From the NCBI GenBank assembly GCA_043228905.1, contig JBHGNT010000009.1, positions 16,244,001-16,308,000 of the forward strand: a stretch of 64,000 nt of DNA, given 5' to 3'. The translations under genes were made by a program, and so were the position numbers. The notes beneath the pieces are model-generated. The model was not told where the DNA came from. It ran no database searches and worked only from the letters and a program-made list of their open reading frames with translations. Shown here piece after piece: positions 24,797 through 36,500 of the stretch (the first letter of the stretch is position 1; every line of letters starts with the position of its first letter). The DNA is from Azolla caroliniana (lineage: Eukaryota; Plantae; Polypodiophyta).

Positions 24797-27700
24797 AAGG
24801 CGGCAAAGGAGTCGAAAGATGAGGGGATCGGAGCTAGTAGAGGCAATGGCGGTAGCCGTTGACCGGTTGGTAAGCACTCGTGAAGGGACGGGAACCCTCG
24901 ATAGAGCCATTGAATCGATTGTCGGCACTATAGGCCGGTTCGAAGGGAAAGACGCCACAAGTTATTTGGAGGCTTACTGGGCCGAAATGATCATGAGGGA
25001 TATCCCTGTGGACAGGCGGCTGTCTGGATTCCCTCGGGTGGTGACGCCGAGCATCCACGCGGAGGTGCTCGAGGTGCTGGCCGGATGCCAAACTTGGGAG
25101 GAGTTCGAGCTGCAGCTCCTCGAGAAGTACGGGTTTGACGACTCACTTCGGCTATTGAGGCGAGACTTCATGGCATGGGTGGAAAGCCCCGGAAAAGGGA
25201 GGAACACGTCGGCGCTCCTCCAGGAGTTTGAAAAACGGTTCGCGCGGCTGTCGACGCTGGACCGGACCGTGCTCGAAATGAGTCGAGTACTACTGTTTGT
25301 CAAGTCGGTGGACGCGCTCGACAGGGAAAAGGTGGGTCCCCTATTGGAAATAGACGAAGGGCTCATAGCAAACTGGGCCGTGGTAAAACGGGTCTGCAGC
25401 CGTTTTGACAAACGACGCGATTGGAGCGACAAAGCTCGTCAGGGTCAGGGCCAGTCCCGACGAGGAGGCTCGAGGAGCTGGTATCGGTGCCAGCCGGTAG
25501 GAAGGAAGAGACCCGAATTTGGCTGGAGTCGGGGTCGGCATCGAACGACGTGGTCAGAGGCCCATCCGGAGGAGCTGACACAGATGGTGCACGACCTGCA
25601 GATCGCACAGGCACGGAGAGACAGCGGTGAACAACCTCGCGACTGGAGGCCGCCGGCTGGGCAACGATGCATGTGGTGTGACGCGATTGGTCACATTCGG
25701 AAGGATTGCGCGGATTTCGCCGACGCGCTCAGGTCCAACGTGGTGTACCTTTGGAACGGACGGGTGCATGCGAGCGAGACCCGGAGAGCCCTAGAACTAA
25801 ATACGGGGCGCGACGGAATGAAGAGGTTGATGGAAGAGGCTGCGGCACGACATGTAGAAGTCATTAACTACTCAATGTTAGCGGGAATTCGGGTCGGGGG
25901 TGATGAGATCTGGAAGGTGAAGGACTCTCGGACTCTGGCCGCTAGTGCTAGAAGGCCTCTCCGGAGTTCGGTTGAAGAAGGAAGAGGCGGACCACGTGGA
26001 ACAATGGGTCCAGGAGGTCACCGGATGGGACGATCCGGTCGAAGAGAAAACGGGCTTCGTAGAAGCCGCTTGCTAGAACTACGAGGTTCTGGTGGAAGAC
26101 AAACGGGCAGGAAAGGCCGGGGGGATCGGTCCCCCGCAGAGGTACGAGACCCGGTTCGGACCAAAACCGACCGGTGCTGGCAACCCAGGCGCAACAGACG
26201 AAAAGAAGCAGGCGGGGTTTCGGTTGAGCACCGAAATCGAGAGAACAACGGACCTACGGAAGGTCCTTGAAGAGCAGATGCTCGACAGTAAAGTGGAGCT
26301 CTCATTGCGGGAGGTGCTGGGAATTGCCAAGTGGGAGTTCCACGACTCCATCGTAGACTTGGTGAAGCGGAAGAGGCTCTCAACGGAGCCAGAACCGGAG
26401 AAGCCGGTGGAGGTGCGGACTACGCACTTAGAAGACATGGCCCTAGAAGACGAGTTGGCCGAAAGCCACTACGCGAAGCCGCATTGGGCCAGGGCAACTA
26501 CGGGAACCCCTGTGCGGATCGGCGACGTTCCGGAACCGGTGGTAGCCTTGGTAGACCATGGATCCGAAATCAACCTAATGTCCGTGGATTTCTACAAGAA
26601 GGGTAAATGGCCGATCAACACCAAGCACGGGTGGAAGATACGCGCGACGACGCGTGCTACGGAGGAGCTGCATGGTGCGTGCCCGAATATATGCGTAAAG
26701 GTTGGTGACCTCGAGATAGATCAACATTTCTTCGTGTAGGAAACATCCTCGCACCCGGTGATTCTCGGCGAACCATACATTACCGTAGCACGCATGGAGA
26801 CGAAGGTGTTGGACAACGGTTCGACGTACGCGTGCGTCAAGAGTCAGGACGGTCGGCATTCCGTCCAATTCATGACTGTACGTCTGAACCATGAGAGGAA
26901 TCGCGAGACCCTCGACGACGACAACCGAGGGGATTTTTAGAGAGGACATATCAAGGCGTGGGGCCGCGGTAGTCCGGACGTACTAGAAGAACCCCACACA
27001 TTTACAGTAGGTAGGAAGTTTTGGTTCTCCGAAAACGGAGGTTGTACTATAGCTAACGTCAGCGGCCGGGAGAGGAAGCGAGTGGAGGAGCGGCTCAGGG
27101 GATGCGAAGTCCTCTCCCCCGACGAAGAAATCAGCGGGGCCGTGGAGGCGGTCTCTTTTGACGACACCTTGGGCGAGTTACGGAAGGTGATCGGTGAAGA
27201 CCTTAGAGAAGATCGGACCGTTCCGGTTAGTTCGATGGGAATGTACGAAGTCATCATGGACTTCGGGGAAAGGATCGGGTCGGATCGGACGGCCCGCGTG
27301 GATACAAAGTACAAGACTGTGGACCGGAAGGTGAGGCCAGTCGCGGCACCCTTGCCGGAGGGCAGCGAGGAGCGGATAAAAGGGGTCGCATCGGACCCAA
27401 GTTTACGGAATCCGGTTGGCATAGGGCACCGGTTCACTGACATAACGCTACGGGAGCTCAAGCTCGGTGGGGGTGGCTTTCTACTACCCGCGGAGGAGGA
27501 CAGGTTTCGGAGAATGCTCGGAAGGCATGGGAAAGCCTTCGCGTTCTCGTCGGAGGAGATCGGGTGCGTGAACCCGACGATCGTTGAGCCGATGGTGATC
27601 TTCACGGTATCGCATGTACTGTGGAATCTCAAACCGATTCCGGTGCCGAGAGCTCACATCCCGGAGTTGATGGAGCTTCTGAAGAAAAAGGTGGAGATGG

Positions 27701-29044
27701 GCATCCTCGAACCGTTGAGTGCCCCATATTTGAATCGGTGGTTTACGGTGCCGAAGAAGAACGGCACGTTGCACTCCATTCAGGACCTGCAACCGGTCAA
27801 TAGGGTGACCATCCGTAATGCAGGAATCAGACCGACCATAGATGAGTTCGCGGAGGCCTTCGCTGGAAGGTCGATCTATTCGGTCGGTGACTTATACTCG
27901 GGGTACGACCAGTTCCAGCTAGCCGTGGAGAGTAGGGATATCACGACGATGCAAACCCCTCTCGGCCTAGTACGGATGGGTACCCTACCGTAAGGCGGGA
28001 CGAATTCGGTGGCGCATATGGTGAACGCAATGAACAAGGTGCTGAGGGACTGCATCCCGGACATCACCATGCCATTCTTGGACGACATCCCGATAAAGGG
28101 GTGTTCGGTGGATGATGCAGACGAGACTGTCGGACCGGACGGATGCCGAAGGTTCGTCATGAACCACATCAACGACTGCGAGAAGGTGCTGCAGAGGCTT
28201 GAAAACGCATGACTCACCTTCTTTGGAGAAAAATCGGCGTTCGGGTAGTCGGAGATCTTGGTGGTCGGGCATCTGTGCGGGCCTTACGGTAGGAAACCAT
28301 CTCTGGCAAAGGTAGAGGCCATCTCCGCGATGAGGAACGATTGCGGGTCGGTTACGGAGTTCCGCATACTCTTGGGAGCATGCGCGTTCTACCACATCTG
28401 GATCCCGCACTACGCACATGTCGTGGAACCCCTCTACGGACTATTGAAAAAGGGGTGTAGCTTTGAGTGGAGGACGGAGCACACCGAGTCGGTCCGGAGA
28501 CTAAAGGAGGTGCTTACGATAGCGCCAACTCTCTGTAAAGCGGTTTACGGTAAGGGGGTCCCCATCTACGTAATGGTGGACACGAGCCCGACCGGGATCG
28601 GGTGGGTGATCAACCAGGAGGACAAGGACGGTGCACGGTTCCCGATCCGGTTCGGGGCGAAGGTATTGAGTGAGCGACAGCGAGGATACGCCAAAGTCAA
28701 GCGTGAACTATGGGGTATCGTTTCGGCAATCAAGGCCGATAGGGACTACCTGATCAGGATGGAGGTAACAATCGAGACGGACTGCCTACCGATACTTGGC
28801 ATGGTTTCTGGATGCACGACGCCGGACCTAGCAATGCTCCGGCGCTTAACGAATTTGACGAAAGCAGGTACGATGGGGAGTGGCTCCAAATCGGGAGGTT
28901 CCTATGGGCGATGACGCCGGACGCAACGTGGACAAGAGAAGAGGTGAGCCAGGTACGGAAGAAGGCGTACCGATTCTTCCTACGGGACGGGTGCATATGG
29001 AGGCACCCAAAGAAAAGAAACGGCATCCCGCTCCGAGTAGTAAC

Positions 29045-32000
29045 ACCGGGTCATTTGAAACAGGTAATATGTCGCATTCTCTTTTTCATATCTTACTGAG
29101 ATGTTAAAAAATGCCTTATTTAAGCAGAATTTCAACAAGGCACGACGCATGTGTATGTGGTTTATGAAAACATAGCGAAAAAAAGAACTAACTAATATCA
29201 CGTCAACAAAATCATCCGACATATATTCTATCTATCATGTTTTTGTCCAAATCTTAGACAGGGGTGTATTTGTCAACACAAGTATAATAGTAACACGGGT
29301 CCTTGTGCATATTCTAAAAAGCATGCCCCATTGAATAAGTGACTTCTTCTAATTATGTGTGTATATTTAAATATAATACATCTTAAAGCAAATTGTGAAC
29401 CTTGCAATTAAGAGATACTACTATGTCAAGAGAAAATTTCCATTGACACGTGATACATGACACTGTCAATGTATAAATAAACTAGTCTACAATAACATTC
29501 CAATTATACGAGTAAATGATAGAGTATAAACTTATCTCCGATATACCCCAAATGATAAAGGAGAGTTTAGATAACATGTACACATACAAGTATACTTAAT
29601 TTCTAAGTTCAATGATTGTTACACGAAAATTATAAGTAAGCTCAACTTATATATTACGTCAAAATTTAACAATTCATATTGTTCAAAATTTACAATAAGC
29701 CATAACCATTCAATCGAATAATAAGTCTGGTAAAGCCGTCTACTCAGGATTAGCTCTTTCATCAGGATTGTCCTCATTGGCTTCGTCAGTACGCTAAGTT
29801 GAATTGTTAGTATGTTCAGACTCTGAAATGTCTTCTAATTCAACAAGTTGCCCTGCGTCTTCATCTATAGTTCCACAAGTTTTCTAAAAGTCATCTGGAA
29901 CATCTAAGTTTTATTGATATGCTTTGCCCCAACTTCTTGGTCTTGATCAGGACAACCCCAGATACCTTGGATCCTCATTTTGATGACATTAACTTGCTCA
30001 AGGTCCTTCTCTAATGCAACAGAGTTCCTGATAATCTTTAAGGCGTATGTTTTAGTAGTACATGACAGTAGAATGAAATTGCACAGGTAACATCAAACTG
30101 AAGAATAGAATATAACGTTAATCTAAATTGATGTAAGTTTTATATTATATACCTGTGTCAGAAAACTAATCTAAAACCCATTGAAAATTCGAAACAATAA
30201 AATTTGAAAAAATAAAAAATCTTGGATTTTTAATTGGAATCCAACGCGATGCACTAGATTTCAGTTGAAAATCCAAGTTTTTTTTTTTTTTTTGTAATTT
30301 TTAAAAAATTTTCCATTAAAAAATAAAAAATGGATTTTCAGCTAAAATACTATGCACTACATTATATTTTAGTATATATAGCTAGAATCTAATGCAATGC
30401 GTTGGATTAGAGTCGAAAATCCATTTTTCTTTTTTCTTTTTCCAATGTTATTTATTTATTTATTTTCCATATAAAAAAATAATAAACAGCTTTTCAACTG
30501 AAATCCGATACACTACATCAGATCGTAGTCTATACAGCTAGACATTGATGCATTGCATCAGATTTTAGCTAGCAATCCTCTTTCTTTTCAATTGTTTTTC
30601 ATTTTTTCAAAAAATAACTAAAAATATATTAAAGAAGTGGATTTCCAACTGAAATCTAATGCACTACATCGAATTTCAATTAAAAATCCAAATTTCTTTT
30701 AGGTTTTCCATAAAACAATGAGATAATAAAAAAATATTACATTTTCAACAAAATCTGAACCATTGAGTCGGATTTCAATTGCAAATTAATGTTTTATGAA
30801 AAAACATAAGAAAAATATTGGACTTTCAACGGAAATCCGATGCACTGCATCAGATTTCTGTTGAAACTCAGTAATTTTGAACGGTGCATCAGATTTCCAT
30901 TGAAAATCCTGTTGAAAATGATGTGTTTTCAACGGCAATCCGATGCACTGCATCGGATTCCCGTTGAAAACACATCATTTTAAATGAAGAAAATCACAAT
31001 TTGTTTATTTTTAACACTTTTTTAGAGAAAAATATAAAAAAATAAGAAAATTTGTAAACAAACAAGAAAAAGTGGACTTTCAATGGAAATCCGATGCAGT
31101 GCATCGGATTTCCGTTGAAAATCCATTTTTTTCAATTCCTATATATTTATTTATGATAAAAACAAAAACAATTCAAAACAAATACAAAAACAAATTCAAA
31201 ATATCTGAAAAATTGGAAACAAATAAGACAAAATGGATTTTCAATAGAAATACGATGTAGTGCATCGGATTTCTGTTGAAAACCCATTTTTTGCAATTTT
31301 TATTTATTTACTTTTGGGAAAAAATGAAAACAAATTAAAAAAATACAAAAATATATTTTAAAATATGAAAATTTGGTAACAAATAGCAAAAAGTGGACTT
31401 TCAATAGAAATCCGATGCAATGCATTGGATTTCCTTTGAAAATTCATTTTTTCAATTTCTATATAGTTATTTATGAGAAAATAGACAAACAAAATACCAA
31501 AAAAATTCTAAAAAATATGAAAATTTGGATTGAAAATCTATTTTTTCAATATTTATTTATTTTTTATAGAAAAAATTCAAAAAAATTCAAAAAAATTCAA
31601 AAAAATTAAAAAAAAAGCAAATTTGGAAAAAAATACGTAAAAGTAGACTTTCAACCAAAATCCGATGCAGTGCATCGGATTTCCGTTGAAAATCCATTTT
31701 TTCAATTTTTATTTATTTTTTTATGGGAAAAATTCAAAAAATTAAAAAAAAAAAAGCAAATTTGGAAAAACATACGTAAAAGTGGACTTTCAACCAAAAT
31801 CCGATGCAGTGCATCGGATTTCCGTTGAAAATCCATTTTTTCAATTTTTATTTATTTTTTTATGGGAAAAATAAAAACAAATTCAAAAACAATTCAAAAA
31901 ATAAGAAAATTTTAAAAAAAATAAGAGAAATTGGATTTTCAATTGAATCCGATGCACGGAATTGGATTTCCATTGAAATCTAATTTTTCAATTTTTATTT

Positions 32001-33060
32001 ATTTATTTACGAGTAAAATAAAAAATGTTTATTTATTTATTTATGGGAAAATGTTTTATTTTTTCAATTTGTATTTATTTATGTATTTTCGGGAAATCCA
32101 TGCAATGTATCATATTTTGGTCTATGTAGCTAGAATTCAATGCAATGCATTAAAATGCAAGAGTATTTTTTTAATGGAAATTTTTAAAAAAATTCGAAGA
32201 CTTACAGGAATCTGATGCATTATATCCAATTCTAGATGTATAGAGTAAAATTCGACATGTTGCGTCAAATCTAGATGGAATGAATCGGATTTCTGTACGA
32301 CATCAAAGGCTTACTATGAGAATCTATGAAAAATGGAAAACATCTTTAAGACATTTTTTAGATTCTAATGATTTTGGTAGAAAGCTTCTCTCACATAATC
32401 TAATCTTGTAAATGGAAAGTACATAATGAAATATCATAACCAAAAAGTGAGGAGGAAAGATGCATCAAGCACATCTACTCTTACATTGGATAATGTTTAT
32501 ATATTACTGTATGACTTATCTTTGACCAAAACAAGTTATCTATGATAGACCACAATGAAGATACTAAAAGAGGATCTGGAATGTGGCTTCAGACACAACA
32601 CAAAGACAAACAAGAAGCATGACTCATAAACTCGATGAGGTTGGATTGCAATTGGATCAACACAATGCATTAGTTGCCATTGATGATGAGGATGAGACCT
32701 CATAAACTCGTACTAGTTCATCTAATGGGTATGAAGATGATGACATAAACTTGAAAAATGATTGTCCTGATACGTTAACTATAAATATTGTATTGCACAT
32801 CAAGATTTGGATTCAGAATTTCTATAAATATTGGGGTCAGTCATTTTGGACATTCATTTGTAAGTTTGGCATGTCCATTATTTAGGCATTTTTTTGAACA
32901 CCTAAATTTCCGTACATGTTAAAAATCAATATATTTTTGGGTCATTTTTAAAATTCCTTTACGCATGCGGCACCCCTTTTTGTGAATCACCCTAATTTGT
33001 GTCATTTTTTGATGGACAGTTCTCAAAATGCGACATATTACCTGTTTCAAATGTCTCGGT
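29045..33060. mobile_element. Non-autonomous TIR DNA transposon, superfamily not assigned
   Basis: 34-bp TIRs ACCG(G/A)G(T/A)CATTTGAAACAGGTAATATGTCGCATT. Flanking duplication TAGTAAC (29038-29044) / TAGTGAC (33064-33070). The host integrase rejoins as PLRVVT-KKEEQEEL. Confidence 0.85.
30220..32290. repeat. Array of about 16 ~50-bp palindromes separated by AT-rich spacers
   Basis: Consensus GGA(C/T)TTTCAACGGAAATCCGATGCA(C/G)TGCATCGGATTTCCGTTGAAAATCC. The best copy is 30915-30981 with 33-bp arms and one mismatch. Confidence 0.92.
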
Positions 33061-33560
33061 AATTAGTGACAAAGAAAGAAGAACAGGAGGAACTACTGGC
33101 GGCATTTCATGAGAGTCCCTGGGCCGGGCACCGCGGAACGTGGGCCACGTTCGAGAAGCTGAAGGAGAAGTACTAGTGGCCGGGGCTGTACCAGGACGTG
33201 CATCGGTTCGTAATGACTTGCAAAAGCTGTCAGATGCACTCCGTACTCTGACATCGGGACGAGCTACACCCAACTTACCCGCCTGCGGTCCATTTCAAGT
33301 GGATGGTGGACTTCGTGACGATGTCGATGGGAGTAGGATAGATGCGATACCTGGTGCTTGCGTGGGAAGACTGAACGAACCAGGTGGAAGGCTGTGCACT
33401 GTAGAACAAGACAACCACGGCGGTATGCCGGTTCCTGATCGAAGAGGTAGTCTGTCGGTACGGGTGCATCGGGAGGATCGTGGCAGACCGGGGAGAGCTG
33501 GATGCGTGGGAAGCTGAGGAGCTGTTCGATCGGCTAGGGGTCAAACTCTCCCTCACTACG

Positions 33561-36500
33561 TGTAAAGCGTAACGTGCAGAAGCAAGTATGAAGACTGAAT
33601 AGAAGGAAGAAAACACAGGTTTAATGGAGAGCTTGAGCTTACGCAATATACGCGGGAGAGACAGAGAGACAGAGAGAGTGATAGAGAGAAAATACAAGAA
33701 CTATATTCGAAAAACTCTATTCACCATTCTCTATACATATGTGTGTTCAATGAACACTTTTATACAAGTCCTAGAAGGACTGACCGAAGTACTGACAGTA
33801 CTTCAATGCTCACTAAGAGCTCCCAAATATATTCCTCACGGAATATCTTGCCTAACGGCCTCCCGGTTTACGCACCGATCCGGCCCTACCTACGCACCGG
33901 TCTGCATACCGGTTTACGCATTCGGCCTAACCGATCGGTCCCAACCGATCCGGTCCTAGGCTTCTTCAGCCAATCCGGCCGATGTTGAGCTTGTCTCTCA
34001 ACACTCCCCCTCAAGCCCAACTTGAGGTTCTTCGGGATCTTCGGGCTCATAGCTCCGGTTCCTCCTGGCTTCACGCCTCGCTCGCGCTCCACGACCTGTT
34101 CGACTCCGCACGCTTCGACTCTTCCGGTCGGCTTGTCTGCTCATGTGGTCCTCATCAGCTCTTCTGCTGTTGCGGTGTTGACGCTTCTTCTTCTGCCTTT
34201 TCTTCCGCTTGGGCCTCGTTTGATTCAGCGTGTCTGAATCAAACATCCGAACCGACTCGGCTACCTCCGATCGGTTTTCGCTCTCGTCCAAGTTTGTTGT
34301 CTCCAACTCGTCTTCGGTCTTCTCGCCCTCGGTGGCGTCATCTTCCCCATGCGTGGTTGGCTTCGGCTCTCTCCTTCGGTTGCTCCCCTTCTGTCCTCTT
34401 CCGAACTTTTCCGCGGGTTCGCCCTCGGCTTCTTCAGCCGATCCGAAGTCGAACTCGACAACCGAGTCAACCGACTCGGTGGTGTCGCGGTCTCCGCTCC
34501 TTTCCTGCTGCCTTGCTTGGTCGTTCGGGACTATTCTCCCCCTCAAGTTTGGCACGTCGAGGTGACGCAATCCGAGCGCACCTGAGAATTGCCGCAACTT
34601 GTCCAGACCAAGAGGCTTGGTGAAGATGTCGGCAGTCTGCCGATCCGTCGAAACGTACTGAAGTTCGACATCACCGGAGAGGACACGCTCACGGACGAAA
34701 TGGTAGTGCACCTCAATGTGCTTGGTCCATGCATGGAAGACGGGGTTCTTCGCGAGTTGGATGCTGCTGAGGTTGTCGCAGTAGATCGTCGTTGGATCGG
34801 ACACCTCCTCTTGTAGGTCCTTAAGTAGCCGCTTCAACCATATGGCTTCGCATGTCGCGACAGCCGCTCCTCGGTACTCAGCTTCGGTGCTCGACAGTGC
34901 AACTATCGGCTGTTTCTTACTGCTCCACGCGATCGCGACACTCTCGAGGGAGAACACGTATCCAGATGTGGATCGACGATCGGTGGCGTTGCCAGCCCAA
35001 TCAACATCGGTGTAGCCGACTAACTGCACGGCTGCACCGGTCCGATATAGCAGTCCCCGGTTCTTAGTGCCGTTGACATACCGAAGTATGCGTTGCGCAC
35101 ACTGAAGGTGCTCTGCGGTAGGTCGCACCATGAACTGACTGATCACTTCGACCGGATAACTGAGGTCGGGTCGGGTGATGGTCAAGTATATGAGGCTTCC
35201 GACAATTTGTCGGAACCTCGTCGGGTCGCATACCTTTCCCGTATCGGGACGAAGCTTGACGGTTTTGTCCAGAGGAGTTGAGACGGACTTACAGTCGGCC
35301 ATCCCGAATTTGAAGAGCATACTCAACACGTAATGACATTGGCTGATCAATATGCCTTCGGGGGTACGGATCACTTCGATCCCGAGGAAGTAATGAAGGT
35401 CCCCCAGATCCTTCATGTCGAACGATGCCGCAAGCTGGAGCTTCACGCGGTCGATTTCACCGAGGTCGGCGCCGGTGATGACCAAGTCATCAACATATAG
35501 TAAAATACTAACCGGTCTGAGTCGACCTTTCCGGATGAACAGGGAAGAGTCCGATTTTGACGTGACGAAGCCCATCCGACGCAATTGTTGCGTGATCTTC
35601 GCGTTCCAGGCATGCGGGGCTTGCTTTAGTCTGTAAAGGGACTTCTTCAATCGGCATACTGCCGAGGAGTTCGTTCCGGAGTGAAATCAAGGGGGCGGTA
35701 CCATGTACACCTATTCCTCAAAGTCACCTTGCAGGAACGCATTCTTTACATCCATCTGATGTAAGTGCCACCCCTTCGCCGCAACTACTGCGAGCAAAAC
35801 ACGGACGGTCGTCATTTTCGCGACCGACGCAAATGTCTCATCGTAGTCGATGCCGTGTTTCTGCGCGTAGCCCTTTGCCACTAGCCGAACCTTGTACCGG
35901 TTGACTGAGCCATCGGTGTTGTACTTGACCTTGTACACCCACCTACACCGGTACGGTTTTACCCCTGTTGGTGCGCCAACCAGGTCCCATGTCTCGTTCT
36001 CCGCCTATGCGTGCATCTCTTCCTCCATCGCGGCACGCCAATTCGCGTCTTTAGCCGCTTCTGCGTAGCTCTCCGGCTCACGCATAATGATGCGCCATGT
36101 ACTCGTTGTATCCGAACCGCAAAACAGGGTTCTTCTGGCGGGTAGATCGGCGTAATTTAGCATTAGCCGATGTCGAGGCCTTCTTGGTCGACACGGACTT
36201 CACCTTTAAAGACCCGTCACCGGTTCCCTCGGAGTCGGACTCGCGTCGGTCTGACTCGTTCCTATCCGTGCCGGAATCTGACACCTTCTTCTTCCCTTTC
36301 TCTTTGCGCATAGGCCGTCTCCTCGGCTTCCTGCGCGGGGAATGCACGGCCGAGTCTCCACTACTCGCCGGCTCTTCATCGGACTGGGCGTACCGACTCA
36401 GTCGTCCAATCGGTCCACTCGGTCCACTTAAACGGAGTGAAATCAGACTCTCTTCGCGGGTCTCGATTTCGGGCTCATCCGGAGGCATCTCGGCCTCTCT

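Noticed and set aside
30220-32290. CRISPR array
   Set aside because: The context is eukaryotic, the spacers are low-complexity and mutually similar, their lengths are irregular, and there are no cas genes.
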